Part shown: piece by piece, positions 12,037 through 24,764 of the stretch
Layout: each line of letters starts with the position of its first letter
Position numbering within the stretch: the first letter of the stretch is position 1
Assembly (NCBI GenBank): GCA_964016885.1
Contig: OZ024740.1
Coordinates: 430,404,001 to 430,468,000 of the forward strand
Origin: Eledone cirrhosa
Taxonomy: Eukaryota
Length of the DNA stretch: 64,000 nt
Direction of reading: 5' to 3'
Made by a program: the position numbers and the translations under genes
Notes under the pieces: generated by a model
What the model saw: only the letters and a program-made list of their open reading frames with translations
What the model was told of the DNA's origin: nothing
The model's database searches: none

Positions 12037-12261
12037 TTTTTGTTACGTTCCTGAATGGCATTTTCATATCTCTTCCTCAGTTTTATCATATGATCCTCTG
12101 CCTGGTTTATCATGTAGTTAAACTTCTTTATTTCAATTTTCTGCTGTTCACATTCTCCTTCCAACTCAATTACCTTGCGGTGATGTTTGTCTATGTCCTC
12201 TCGAAGTGCATCCCGCAGTAACACGTTCTGCATATGTTTCAGGCGTTCTTTATGAAGTTGT
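12037..12261 (-). CDS. CCDC146: CCDC146-like exon 13 (QLHKERLKHMQN...LRKRYENAIQERNK)
   Basis: ttgtag acceptor, GTAGGT donor, 225 nt; LRKRYE.A.Q.RN motif. Confidence 0.9.
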
Positions 12262-12287
12262 CTACAAGAGAAAATGAAAGTTAAAAT

Positions 12288-12715
12288 ACAACTTGATGTC
12301 TTAAGACCCAGCTACAGCAATGGTTTACCTTACAGACCTCACAACTTAATGTTTTAAGGCCCAGCTACAGCAATAGTTTACCTTACAGATCCCACAACTT
12401 GATGTCTTAAGACCCAGCTACAGCAATGGTTTACCTTACAGACCTCACAACTTAATGTTTTAAGGCCCAGCTACAGCAATAGTTTACCTTACAGATCCCA
12501 CAACTTGATGTCTTAAGACCCAGCTATAGCAATGGTTTACCTTACAGACCTCACAACTTAATGTTTTAAGGCCCAGCTACAGCAATAGTTTACCTTACAG
12601 ATCCCACAACTTGATGTCTTAAGACCCAGCTATAGCAATAGTTTACCTTACAGACCCCACAACTTAATGTTTTAAGACCCAGCTTACAGCATTGTCTTAC
12701 CTTACAGACCTCATA
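12288..12715. repeat. 53-bp minisatellite with alternating variants, ~8 copies
   Basis: acaacttgatgtcttaagacccag... alternates with acaacttaatgttttaaggcccag... Confidence 0.9.
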
Positions 12716-13319
12716 ACAAGCTTCTTCTATAGTTTCCCCTATCCTTTGTATCCCACCCCCACCTCATCAACTTCGTGGCTATCATTTCCTCCCTCATCTT
12801 TTTAGACTTATCTCTCTTGGTTTCTTCTTTCTTCTCTTTCCTTCTACATTTCATTTCCACCCAGTCACATTCATCCTTCCTCAACACATGACCCAACCAT
12901 CTCATTCCATTTCTCTTCACAACATTCACCACTGGCTCTATTCCCATCATTCTCTGCAATTCAATGTTTATCTTCCTCTCTCACAGCAATATTTAGCTCA
13001 TCCACCATGTCCTGTTCCCATAAAATATGCTATTTCTCTCACATATGTGGCATACACCTTTCCCTTCAGTATATATCATATCTGTGTCATAAGAGACAAA
13101 TAAAAGATTTGCCACCATGAAGGGCATCTGATTATAAAACTTTACCTTAAAAATCTATCCATGTTGACTGCAATAACAAAGTTGAAATTTTGTGGGTATA
13201 ATGTCTGCCGCTCCCTTTCAGGGGAATAAAACCCTAAACCCTATAGTTATGAAACAAACTTTTCAACTTCCCACTAACACCTGTGTTTATATTCATAGCA
13301 AAGTGAAATGTAATACAGG

Positions 13320-13718
13320 TCTGCAGAGTCGGTAGAGGGTCGGACACCATCTTTGACGCAAAGAGTTACGGCCCTTGCCATTCTGAGTTCAAATCCCAGT
13401 GAGGTTAACTTTGCTTTTCAACCTTACGGGGGGGGGGGGGGAGATATAAAATAAAGTACCAGTAATGCACTGGGGTAATTGCTGGCCTTGTGCCAAAAGA
13501 ATAAACAATTATTATTATTGTTATATGGTGGTAGTTTGGCAGTATCAGTGGGGGATTGGACGCCATACTTGGCAGCACAGAGTTATGGCCCTTTACGGCC
13601 TGAGTTCAAATCCCGCCGAGGTTAACTTTGCCTTTCATCCTTACGGGGGTCAATAAAATAAAGTACCAGTAATACACTGGGTATTTGCTGGCCTTGTGCC
13701 TAAAGTAGAAACAATTAT
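13320..13718 (+). mobile_element. Tandem tRNA-derived SINEs with Meta-type core (abundant family: also 8255-8435, 11105-11290, 14290-14770, 17455-17640, 50220-50630, 52750-53460)
   Basis: gagttcaaatcc B box; core gcctttcatccttacggggtcgataaaataaagtacc; tail ggccttgtgccaaaagtagaaacaatt. Confidence 0.85.
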
Positions 13719-14012
13719 AAAATACCATATCAACATCATCGTTTAACGTCCATCTTCCACGCTAGCATGGCTGGCACAGGCTGTCCCCTTGTGAGGGGTC
13801 AGGATGGGGAGCGGGAATTCCTACCTCTTACCTTCCTCCTACTTCCCTACCTTCCGACCCTCCTCCTACCTCCCAACCTATCTCCCTCCTACCTTATCTC
13901 CTACCTTCCCTCCCTCCTACCAGTTTTCGAGGTCCTCAAAACAGTCGTAGACATTGACCTGCTTTCCTCACTAAACCAAATATCAAATGTTCTGGTCACA
14001 CTTCCTACTCAC

Positions 14013-14177
14013 TTATCTTTCAGTACGACTGCTGTTCGCAAGATCTCCATTTCATTTTGTATGATTTTAATCTTTTGCCTCAGTTCGCTGGTCTTCTGGG
14101 TACTGCTCTGGATCAGGGTTACGTATTTGTTGCGGTCAGTTTTGATTTCTTCATATTTCTCAGCAAATGTCTTTAGT
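14013..14177 (-). CDS. CCDC146: CCDC146-like exon 12 (LKTFAEKYEEIKTDRNKYVTLIQ...NEMEILRTAVVLKD)
   Basis: atatag acceptor, GTGAGT donor, 165 nt; RNK.V.L and NE.EILR motifs typical of CCDC146. Confidence 0.9.
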
Positions 14178-14947
14178 CTATATCAGACAGAAGAGGAAGA
14201 AAAATATGAAATATAAATGGTGGGGAAAAGCTAAAGACTAGGGAGAGAGTAGTGAAGATAGAGAGAGAAGTGTATTATTATTAACAAAAGGGCGGTGGAT
14301 TGGCAGTATCGGTAGAGATTCGGACGCCATGCTTTGCAGCATAGAGTTATGGCTCTTTACATTCTGAGTTCAAATCCCGCCGAGGTTAACTTTGCCTTTC
14401 ATCTTTACGGGGTCGATAAAATAAAGTACCAGTAATGCACTGGGATAATTGCTTTCTTCATATTTCTCAGCAAATGTCTTTAGTCTATATCAGACAGAAG
14501 AGGAAGAAAAATATGAAATATAAATGGTGGGGAAAGGCTAAAAATTAGGGAGAGAGTAGTGAAGATAGAGAGAGAAATATATATAATTGTTTCTACTTTT
14601 GGCACAAGGCCAGCAATTATCCCAGTGTATTACTGGTACTTTATTTTATCGACCCCGTAAGGATGAAAGGCAAAGTTATCCTCGACGGGATTTGAACTCA
14701 GACCATAAAGGGCCGTGACTCTATGCTGCAAAGCATGGCGTCCGACCCTCTACCGATGCTGCCAATCCACTTTGTGTGTTTCTGTGTAGGCAGTAAATTG
14801 GAAAAGTTGTTAGAACATTGGATTAAATGTATCAATATTAGTTCTGGTTCTCTTCTCTCTGAGTTCAAATCCTGCAGAGATCAACTTTGCCATTCATGCT
14901 TTTATGGTTGATAAATAAAGTACCATGCAACCAACAGATTGTATCAG

Positions 14948-15388
14948 CAATGGAGGGACTACAGGAAACATAGTTTAGTGGGGTCTCATCTCACAATGGA
15001 GGGACTACAGGAAACATAGTTTAGTGGGATCTCATTTCACAATAGAGGGACTACAGGAAACATAGTTTAGTGGGATCTCATTTCACAATGGAGGGACTAC
15101 AGGAAACATAGTTTAGTGGGATCTCATTTCACAATAGAGGGACTACAGGAAACATAGTTTAGTGGGATCTCATTTCACAATGGAGGGACTACAGGAAACA
15201 TAGTTTAGTGGGATCTCATTTCACAATAGAGGGACTACAGGAAACATAGTTTAGTGGGATCTCATTTCACAATGGAGGGACTACAGGAAACATAGTTTAG
15301 TGGGATCTCATTTCACAATGGAGGGACTACAGGAAACATAGTTTAGTGGGATCTCATTTTCACAATAGAAGGACTTCAGGAAACATAG
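14948..15388. repeat. 46-bp minisatellite, ~9.5 copies
   Basis: Unit caatggagggactacaggaaacatagtttagtgggatctcatttca. Confidence 0.92.
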
Positions 15389-15468
15389 GGTGTGGTGGTG
15401 TTAAATTAAACTTTAAGTACAATATAGGAACAATTTTAAACACTTCTGTGGATAAAACAAATGAAAAC

Positions 15469-15602
15469 CTTTTCTTCTTTTGTTTTAACTTCTTCCTATG
15501 TTCCACAATGATACTGTACTTTGATTTTAATTCCTCCTTTATACATCTGTATCTGTTCTCAGCACGATTCTTGTCTCGAGCTTTTTTGTCTCGTTCAGTA
15601 GT
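15469..15602 (-). CDS. CCDC146: CCDC146-like exon 11 (TTERDKKARDK...KQKKK)
   Basis: tttcaag acceptor, AG|GT donor, 134 nt, phase consistent. Confidence 0.8.
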
Positions 15603-15805
15603 CTTGAAAATATTGACAGATAATGTTGAAAATATGGACATTTTGAAGAAATTATTCAAATATATATATATACAAACAATATATATATATATATATATAC
15701 AAATATATATAGAGAAACAATTACTTGTTTATGAAGTATCAGGTAAAGTAGGAAATTTGAAACTATGTTAGCTTTTTTAAAGCTACCAGAAGACAGGTTT
15801 GAATA

Positions 15806-16310
15806 CAGGGTGGGTGAAAAGAAACTCCCTATTTAAAATTGATAATAAATTTATTAATTATTCGTCGATTCTCATAAACCATGTTTTATTTTGAACAGTA
15901 TAATAGTAGAAGTACAGTACAGTGTTAACATTCTACATAGGGAAGTATTGTCCACCAGTGTTTGTAATTATCTGGGTATATTCTTGACTGGGTTCCTCAG
16001 GAACTCTGGTGGTATGTTAGTCAGTACATGACGAATGTGTTTTGGTTTTGAGCTATAAACTTCTTTCTTTGCTCACCCCAACAGAAAACACTCACATGGT
16101 GTTATGTCAGGGCTTCTTATTGACCATTCATATGGACCTCAATGACCCTGTCAACATCCTGGAAATTGGACATCAAGCCATTCATGGACAGTGCATGCAA
16201 AACGAGGGGCCCCATCTTGCATGAATATGAGGTCACTGATGTTGGCCCAAGTGGTCAAAGTAGGCCAAAAGTTATAATTTTTAATAGGGAGTTTATTTCC
16301 ACCCACCCTG
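15806..16310 (-). mobile_element. Internally deleted Tc1/mariner element (maT/DD37D-like)
   Basis: TIRs CAGGGTGGGTG...CACCCACCCTG flanked by TA; relic IFMQDGAP...V.EWL...FPG on the minus strand. Confidence 0.85.
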
Positions 16311-16987
16311 TATAAAATATCTGAATAAGTTGGACACGATTGGTGGAGTGGTGAGGGGAGACTGGTATGTATGGACAACTGTTTGTCTTTCACAAAAACA
16401 ACTTGACCTGGCTTGTGTCTCAGAGGGAAACTTTCTAGGTACAAATCCTATGGTTATTCATGACCGAACATGGTCTTTACCTTTATAGAAAAAAATGGAC
16501 GTAAAACGGTGATGATGATCATGATGATACGTAGATTCCTGAGTTGTGTTGGTGGTGGTGGGCTCATCATCATCATCATCATCATGATCCCGTAACTTTT
16601 TTCAGCGTCGTTGAAGCACCACAGTGTTGAATGCTGCACAACTGCCTCCATCTTTGGCGGTCATGGACGAGTTCTTGGGTTGTGGCAAAGTTCTTTCCCA
16701 TCCACTCAGCTATGTTGTCTGTCACTGCTTCCTCTATCTGCCCCGTCTTCTCTTTCCCCCAACACTGTTCCTTGGAGAGTGTATAGGCATCTTTATATAT
16801 ATAGAAAGATTCTACAAGACTAGAACTGTTTCATTTGTATGAAATCATCAAGAAAGTCTTGATATATATATTTGACTTTCATTTTCCTTACTCTGTCAGA
16901 ATATGACAAAAGACATTATAAAAGCCAAATGCCAAATATATGATTGAATAATGAAGAACTATTATAAATGTAAGATTCTTTTGTTAC

Positions 16988-17113
16988 CTTCAAAGCTGCA
17001 AATCGATAAAGTTCTTGTAATTCTAAGTCCACTTCAAAATATTCCTGTAGTAACATTTGCTCCACTTCAATACTCTCGTCAAATTTGGTATTTTGTGTTG
17101 CCATATTCCTGTT
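16988..17113 (-). CDS. CCDC146: CCDC146-like exon 10 (NRNMATQNTKF...YRFAALK)
   Basis: Pyrimidine tract plus AAG acceptor gives phase 0 (the CAG 5 nt downstream would frameshift); donor GTAACA; 126 nt. Confidence 0.75.
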
Positions 17114-17319
17114 CTTGAGAAAGAAAAACAATACCAAGTCCATAATATAACACTTGTCTTGTATTTCTTAGACAATAACTTATTCAAACAATATAATATA
17201 TTAGAACATAAATTTAGTGTTGACATATATTTATAAGTTTATAAACCAAATTTTGAAACTGAAAATGAACAAATGTAAAACATTCTGTTATTTTCTTTGA
17301 ACACAGAGAAACATAAGAG

Positions 17320-17367
17320 ATATCCTATACATGTTTCACACCTAATTAGCTGTTCATCAGAAGATAA
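17320..17367 (-). ncRNA. Minimal hammerhead-like motif
   Basis: ttatctt-CTGATGA-aca.g.ctaattag.g.tgt-GAAA-catg-TA-t-aggatat; core intact, one extra nucleotide at the helix I junction. Confidence 0.55.
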
Positions 17368-18560
17368 GTGTCTTTATCATTCTGTCCATGAAACGAGAGC
17401 TATAGTAAAACACTATATCAAAGCCAACTGAAATGGCCAGTCTAATTTACATAATTGTTTCTACTTTAGGCACAAGGCCAGCAATTACCCAGTACATTAC
17501 TGGTACTTTATTTTATTGACCCCGTAAGGATGAAAGGCAAAGTTAACCTCGGCGGGATTTGAACTCAGATCATAAAGGGACGTAACTCTATGCTAGAAAG
17601 CATGGCGTCCAACCCTCTACCGATACCGCCAACCCACCACCCAGTCTAATTTACATAATGTACATTTGTCAGTAACATAAATATCATCATCATCTTCAAA
17701 CATCCATCTTCCACGCTAAATATATACATGTACGACACATCATATATTAGCAAAGTGAACTGTCTAACCACACAGCCATGAGTGTGTTCGTGTGTGCATT
17801 ATCAAAACTCAGTTATATTTTAGGCTTACTCAGAATCATCATCATCATCATCATCGATTAACATTCATCTTCCACACAAGCATGGGTTAAACGGGTTCTA
17901 TTTTGAGGCAAGTTATGTCGGGTGACCGTGTCTCACTCATATATAGGTGTTTCTGGCTGCTTTTCTATGGCTGGATGCCATAGTATTGCTGGGGGGTGGG
18001 GGCTCTGCCATCATAATCAAGAAGAATTTGGAGGAATTGAGTAAAAATAGCTTAGCTTCCTTGTTATTAGTTGATCTTCTTCTTCTTCTTCTCTGAAGAA
18101 GAAGATCAGCTTAAGCTGATTCTAACATAAAATTATGATGGAAGGTTTTAGTTTAAATAAAAACACTTTGAAACTATTTTGTATAAAAATAGAAATAAAA
18201 ATAAAAAAACAACATGGATGGTTTCAGGTGGGTTACCATCGAAAGGATTAATAAATTCCATGGCTGATGAATGTATATTATGTGCCGAGGTTAACTTTGC
18301 CTTTCATCCTTACGGGGTCGATAAAATAAAGTACCAGTAATACACTGGGTAATTGCTGGCCTTGTGCCAAAAGTAGAAACAATTATGTAAATTAGACTGT
18401 TTGGGGATCCAGCCAGATCAGTTGGTGACAGTTGCTTGCTGGATTTTCACATCATATTTTCATAGAAAAACATGCAACTTATACATGAGTATATACTATA
18501 GTGATGTGTTTTGAAAATAAAATAGAATTGATGAAGAAACTTGTTCAAGGAAATAATTAC

Positions 18561-18656
18561 CTGTACACCTAAGTGGTAAGCTTTTACTTCATTTTCTTGT
18601 TTCAAATCTTCTATCTTTTTTGTTCTATTTTCATTGTCAGCTGGTGTTACTTTTTT
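18561..18656 (-). CDS. CCDC146: CCDC146-like exon 9 (KKVTPADNENRT...AYHLGVQ)
   Basis: ttctag acceptor, CAG|GTAATT donor, 96 nt phase 0-0. Confidence 0.75.
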
Positions 18657-18811
18657 CTAGAATAAATTTAATCTTTGATAAAACAATATTGTCTCTGATC
18701 GAGATGAAGCGAGACTGTATTTGGGTTTTTGAATATTTTTTTAGTGAAAAGTTATAGAAAGAAGTACTAAAAATAATACATATTGTCATATTTCACATTT
18801 GTAAAATAAAT

Positions 18812-19670
18812 AATTGCTCTGAAAGCATAGTAACTAGAATAAGAATAGTGTGGGAAACATTCAGGGAGCTACTTCCTCTGTTGGCAACAAAAGGATTCCT
18901 TCTCTGGGTGAAAGATGGATTGTATGGTGCCTGCATGCCAGCAAGTGTGATCATCATTATCATCATCATCATTTTATGTCCGCTTTCCCTGCTTGCAAGG
19001 GTGGGACAGGTCCTATTCAGCACAGCATCTCTTCACTTGTCACAGTCCTTTGTCATCTCCTCCGTGAGCTTCAGCAATCTGAGGTCTGCTCTCACCACCT
19101 CTGCCTACGTTTTCTGTGGTCTTCCTCTACTGGCATTTTTTGGCACTTCTTTACCCAGTGGTCATCCTCCGTGCACATCACATGTCCATACCATCTCAGT
19201 CTTCTCTCCCGCACACTACAACTTATCCCTCTTAAACACAGTTTCTCTCTCAACACATCCATGCTTGGTCGCTCATGCACATTGACATTGCACATCCAAC
19301 ATGATGTTACATGGTAATTAGACATTGGCATTGAATGTAGAGGATTTGAGAAAGTTAGAAAGAAATGAATTGAGCATGCTCAACTGGATATGTAATGTTT
19401 ATTATACATGAAAAAAGAAAAGATTGCGCTAGTACAGACATGTAATGTGCATGGATGACAATCATTAGTTGAAGCAGTGTAGGATTTCAGAGTAGAAGAG
19501 TAGAAGAAAGCCACAGAAGAGGAAGATCAGGAAAGACCTGGGCAGAAGTGATGAAAGCTGATCACAAATTGCTGAACCTCACAGAGGAGATGATTGGAGA
19601 GATGCTGGACTAGAACAAAACTCATGCAAACATGGAAAATCAGACATAAAAACAATGGTGATAATGATTC
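18812..19670. mobile_element. Decayed RTE (+) containing an inverted RTE 3' fragment (~18950-19305, -)
   Basis: W..FRELLPLL on +; RERRLRWYGHV on -. Confidence 0.7.
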
Positions 19671-19794
19671 TGTGTGAAGGACTCACCCAGGATTATCACT
19701 ATAATCACTAAAATATCAACAAATTTCCTGTCTTTAAAGTGAGAACTATAAATTCCAAGATCATTGAACATCATGGCATTATAGCTAAGCTTCT

Positions 19795-22612
19795 AATAAT
19801 AATAATGAAATTATTGTGTACAGTGCTCAGGTGCACTACAACTCATCAAAGGTGCATGTATAGTACATAGAATAATGTACAAATGTCAGGAAAATAAACA
19901 GTGTATGAGTCATGATATAATAACAATAACAATAATGAAATATTGTGCACAGTGCCCAGGTGCACCACAACCCATCAAAAAAGTGCATGTACAGTACATA
20001 GGGCAATGCACAAACATCAGTAAAATGAACAGTGCACACATGTGTGCATGTGTATGGAAGGGGCACATCAGGTGTAGTTTTGGCGTATTTCGGGAAGCAT
20101 GAGTGTCTTAAAGGATGCAGTGTCTCGGCAGCTAACAATTGACGCAGGCAGTTTGTTCCATGTTTCAGCAACTCTGAGCGTGAAAAAATGTCTGCGAAAG
20201 TCATGGGAGCTGTGCTGTTTTCTTATCTTGTAGGCATGTCCACGTGTGTTAGACACATGGAGATCAAAGAGGCGCTCAGGGTTGCAGTTGGCGAGATGGT
20301 TAAAAACTTTGTGGGTATTCACCAAGTCCACTGCCAGACGTCGGAGCTTCAATGAATCCATGCCCAGGGAAGCAAGGCGTTCAGAGTATGGTAGGTGTCT
20401 GATGGAGGGTATGCGCTTGGTTGCACGTCTCTGAACAGTTTCCAGGAGGTCAATGTTCCGAGCAAGATAGGGGTTCCAGACTGATGATGCGAATTCCAAG
20501 TGTGGTCGCACCATAGCTGTATACAGTTTTAAATAGATGGCTGGAGAGCGGCTAACAAAGGTCTTGCTGAGTGATGCCAAGACACCCTCGGCCTTCTTGA
20601 CAATCTTAGAGACATGCTTTGTCCAACGCAAATCGTTGCTGACAGTAATGCCTAGGTCACGTTCACAAGAGGACTTTTTGATGTCAGTGTTGTGGAGGGA
20701 GTATGTGGACGCTGGATTTTTCCTTCCAAAATGCATGGTGGTACACTTGTCCACAGCCAGCTTCAGTTGCCAGTCTGTGATCCATTGCTGCATTGTGTCC
20801 AGGTCTGATTGTAGGAAAGAGTTGTAAATTTCAGGATCAGTCCTTTTGATTTCAAGGTACAGCTTGATGTCATCTGCATATTTTAGTACCGTGGCATTCT
20901 GTAAGTTGGCATCTATGTCATTAATATATGCCACAAACAAAAGAGGACCAAGAACAGATCCCTGTGGTACACCAGATGACATCTCATATGGTGAAGAATG
21001 CTGTCCTAGAACCGTGACTACTTCCCTTCGGCTGAGAATGAAGGATTTCAGCCAGTCGAAAAGATCATCCCTCACACCCATTGCAGAGAGTTTTGCCATA
21101 AGTCTTTTGTGTGGCACAGAATTAAAAGCCTTAGCAAAGTCAAGGTAAACAACATCCACCCATGAGCCGCTGTCAGTGATCCGGGTGATGTCCTCAAGGA
21201 ACTCGATAAGCTGATCACAGCAGCTGGAGTTAGGGATAAATCCAAACTGTGAGGGCCGGATGAGGCTGTGAGAGCTCCAGAAGTTCCAAAGTGTTTCTCT
21301 GACACAGGATTCCATCAGTTTGGCCATACAGCTAGTAAGACTGACTGGACGATAGTTGACAGGTGACATGCGGTTGCCCTTTTTGAACAGGGGAATGACA
21401 CTGGCAGTTTTCCACTGCTCCGGAGTAGCACCATTGCTGAGACAGTATTGAAAGAAAAAAGAAAGCTGGCGCAAAAGGAAATCCCCGCCACGTTTGAGAA
21501 GCAGGTATGTCACACCATCAAGACCAGGGGAGGCATAGTTGCGCTTATTCTTAAGGTGACGTCGCAACATTGCAGGTGTAAATTCCATAGTTGTTATGGA
21601 ATTTGATGTTAGAGATGGTGGAGATGGTACATTCTGGTTTTCAACAGTAAAAATACTTGCATAGCACTCAGCAATGAGTTCTGCGCATTCCTTGGGATCG
21701 TCAGTGATCTGGCTTGTGTGGGGATTGCGAAGAGGACCAACTGGAGAGTGAGGTCTCTGCTTTGAATGAACATATTTCCAGAACACCTTACTGTCAGGAT
21801 TGGTTGCGATGCACTGTTCAAATTCAAGCACTGCCTTCTTTGTCACTTGCTTGAGATGGTTAGAAGATTTATTCCGCTTTTTTCTGTTGGCATCTGATCT
21901 ATGCAGTTTATATTCCCGTTCAGCGTTCCGACGTTCTTTCCTGGCAAGTCGGACTGCTGAAGTTTCCCAGATTGCACTTTTGGGGTGGTTATTTTTCCGC
22001 TTCCGTGGCACTGATGCTGCACACGCTATCCATATTGAGTCCAGGATGCTCTGGAGTATAGAGTTCACATCTCCAGAGTTATACATCTCATGCCAGTTTG
22101 GGCGCTGTAGCTCAGTGCAGTACAAGTTCCAATCCGCCCTCTTCCAATCAAAGCAAGCAGATTGGAGATGGCTCTGGTTTTTGTTGCTGCCCTCAAGTGC
22201 CAGATTGGCAATGATCATAGCATGATCAGAGTCGCCTAGAGGTTCCTCAGTAGTACAACTGATAACCACTTCAGGGGTAGTGGTGAAGATCAGGTCCAAA
22301 GTGTTGTCACCTCTTGTTGGAGAGGTGACTACTTGTGACCAGTTTGAGTCCAGCACTAGTTCAAGGAAATCGTTTGCACCCTGTGGCCAACGAAAGGTTT
22401 CCCAATCGATCTCAGGATGATTGAAGTCACCTGCAATAAACACATAAGTGGCTGTTTTCTTGGCAGCAACTCTGAGGATATCGCAAAGCTGTGTGTCCTG
22501 ATGGTAGTTTGGGGGGCGATAAACAACACCAAGCAGAAGTGTTGACATGGTCATACGTATGTCACAGAAAAAAACTTCTTCCTGTGATTCGTTCAAATCA
22601 ACGCAAAGAATT
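19795..22612 (-). mobile_element. CR1-group LINE, 5'-truncated, uninterrupted 842-codon APE(partial)-RT frame, duplicated 3' end, (ATT)n tail
   Basis: GDFN, SDH, NYRPVSLTS, LDFAKAF, SGVPQGSVLGP, YADD, VRPHLE motifs. Confidence 0.95.
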
Positions 22613-22667
22613 ACCCAAAAGTGGTTTCCAAGGAACTCCAGTATAGCTCTATAGCTGAGCTTCTTAA

Positions 22668-22887
22668 CCCTTTAGCATTTACATTATTCTATACTTACTA
22701 CTGTATTTTTGTGGTAAAGGCTTTATTTTACATAATCATCTATGTAATAGCAAATCTACGAGATTTTGATGTCATTAATTTTGAGAACAATACCTTAATA
22801 TATGTATGAGCAGCCAGTTATGGCCAGTTTGAACAGAAAGAGGTGAGAGAATTCTGGTCGGATATGGCCAGTTTAAATGCTAAAGGG
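22668..22887. mobile_element. piggyBac-like MITE (related copies ~34230-34413, ~58755-58958)
   Basis: TTAA-CCCTTTAGCATT...AATGCTAAAGGG-TTAA. Confidence 0.85.
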
Positions 22888-24187
22888 TTAAAGTGGTTTC
22901 CAAAAAATTCCAGTATGGCTCTATAGCTGAGTTCCTTAAAGTGACTTCCAAGAAACTCCATAGTTTCATGAAAACATTCTAGGTTTCCACTAGAACAAAA
23001 TTTAATAAATATTTATTGTTTACTTTTTCCACTTTTTTTATGAATGAATTATTTTTCTAAAACAATTTTGTTTTATTTAATGTTGAATTATAATTAAGTT
23101 GGTGGGGATTATCCATAAAATCTGAGAATAAGTTCTGCAACAAAATAGTTAGGGCAGCATATCTCTACAGTAAAGAAAGGACCGCCATGTTGGAAAGATG
23201 GGAACAAGGATTTATTCTGTTCCAGAAAAACCAACTTTGTCACTTCAATGTTGATAAAAATGTACCAGTCCAGTACTGAAGTCGATTTTTCCCTCCCCCA
23301 TCTGTCCCCTCTCTCTTTCTCTGTAAAAAATCAGCTATGACCAGACCTAGAGAGAGACATGAGCTCCACCAGGTTTTAAATGCCCAACACAGCAAAATGT
23401 TACAACAGTACGGCTCAATCAGCAGTTATGTGCCCATGCAGACCTGTATTCATGCATGGGTACATAACTCTTGAGAAAATTGTAGTGCCGCTGTATTGAA
23501 CATACAGCGTGTCTAGAGCATTTTTTAAACCTGGCAGAGCCTAATCCTCTCCAGGTCTGAATACAGCAAATTTCTTCCAAAGGAGGATATAAAGTGAAAG
23601 AGGGGAAGTGAGAAAGAGATATAGAGGAAGAATTAACTCCAGTACTTAACTGGTACTTTTTTATCATCCTTGAATGGAAGTCAATTCGCCACCTCCATGC
23701 AGGCATCCACCACACAAAATTAAAAAACAGAAATACGAAATTACAACTAAAACTATAATGTAATACTTTGGGCTAGAGTCATGCTACCAATAAAAATACA
23801 TGCACCAGTTAAGTTCCACTTCAATTTATTATTATTGGTTAAGTAACTAATTTTTCTGTTGGTTAGTTGTTTTTTAATGGCAGCCTGACCTTCCTAAAAT
23901 AAAACATAAACAGAAAGAAAAGATGGCACACACAAACTAAAATGTTTTCTCTATTTTCCAAGGTTTTTGACTTCTGATGAGGAGATTTTATTTAGAAAAT
24001 TAAGGTTTTATTTGAATATAGAACAGGTAAAACAGTGCAGACTTTCTTTTATCTTAAATCATACCACACCTTTTGTCGCAGCCTTCAAACTACATACCTT
24101 TTTATAACAATATTTCTTTCAACACAAGTTTTCACATAATAAATCTTGCAAAACAAATACCAAAACAAAATATAATGTAATATTTAC

Positions 24188-24371
24188 CTGAGAAATTTTA
24201 TTCAGAATATGCTCCAAATGATTTAAGTTGTCTTTTGCTATCTTAGCCTGTAACTCTGATTTCTTTAAATCTCGCTGTTCTTTATCAATATTACGGGAGA
24301 TGATGGTGATATATTCCTGACGGCGCTGTTTCTCATTTAGCGTATGATGGATGGAAATTTCTAACTCATCT
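24188..24371 (-). CDS. CCDC146: CCDC146-like exon 8 (DELEISIHHTLNEKQ...LNKISQ)
   Basis: ttgtag acceptor, GTAAAT donor, 184 nt, phase consistent. Confidence 0.85.
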
Positions 24372-24556
24372 CTACAAAAGTGAAAGTTACACAACATAAA
24401 CAACCAGGACATACATACACACAAACACATACACATATACATACATATACACATACACACACAAATACATGTAAACAAGACACAAACAACTATATATACA
24501 CACACATACACACACACGCACATGTAAACAGGGCATAGACAAGCAGCAACATAAAT

Positions 24557-24764
24557 AAACCCTAAACCTTAAACCCAAACCCTAAACCCTAAACCTACAC
24601 TCTAAATCCTAACACTAAACCCTAAACCTTAACCCTAACTGTAAATCCTAACCCTAACCCTAAACCCAGCCCTAAACCCTAACTCTAACTGTAAACCCTA
24701 ACCTTAACCCTAAACCCTAACCCTAGCCCTAAGCCCTAACTCTAGCCCCTAAACCCAAACCTTA
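24557..24764. repeat. Degenerate (CCCTAA/CCCTAAA)n interstitial telomere-like tract
   Basis: Mixed aaccct and aaaccct units. Confidence 0.75.

Noticed and set aside
17108-17113. CAG acceptor at 17109-17111 for exon 10
   Set aside because: It would frameshift into a stop; the AAG 5 nt upstream keeps the frame.
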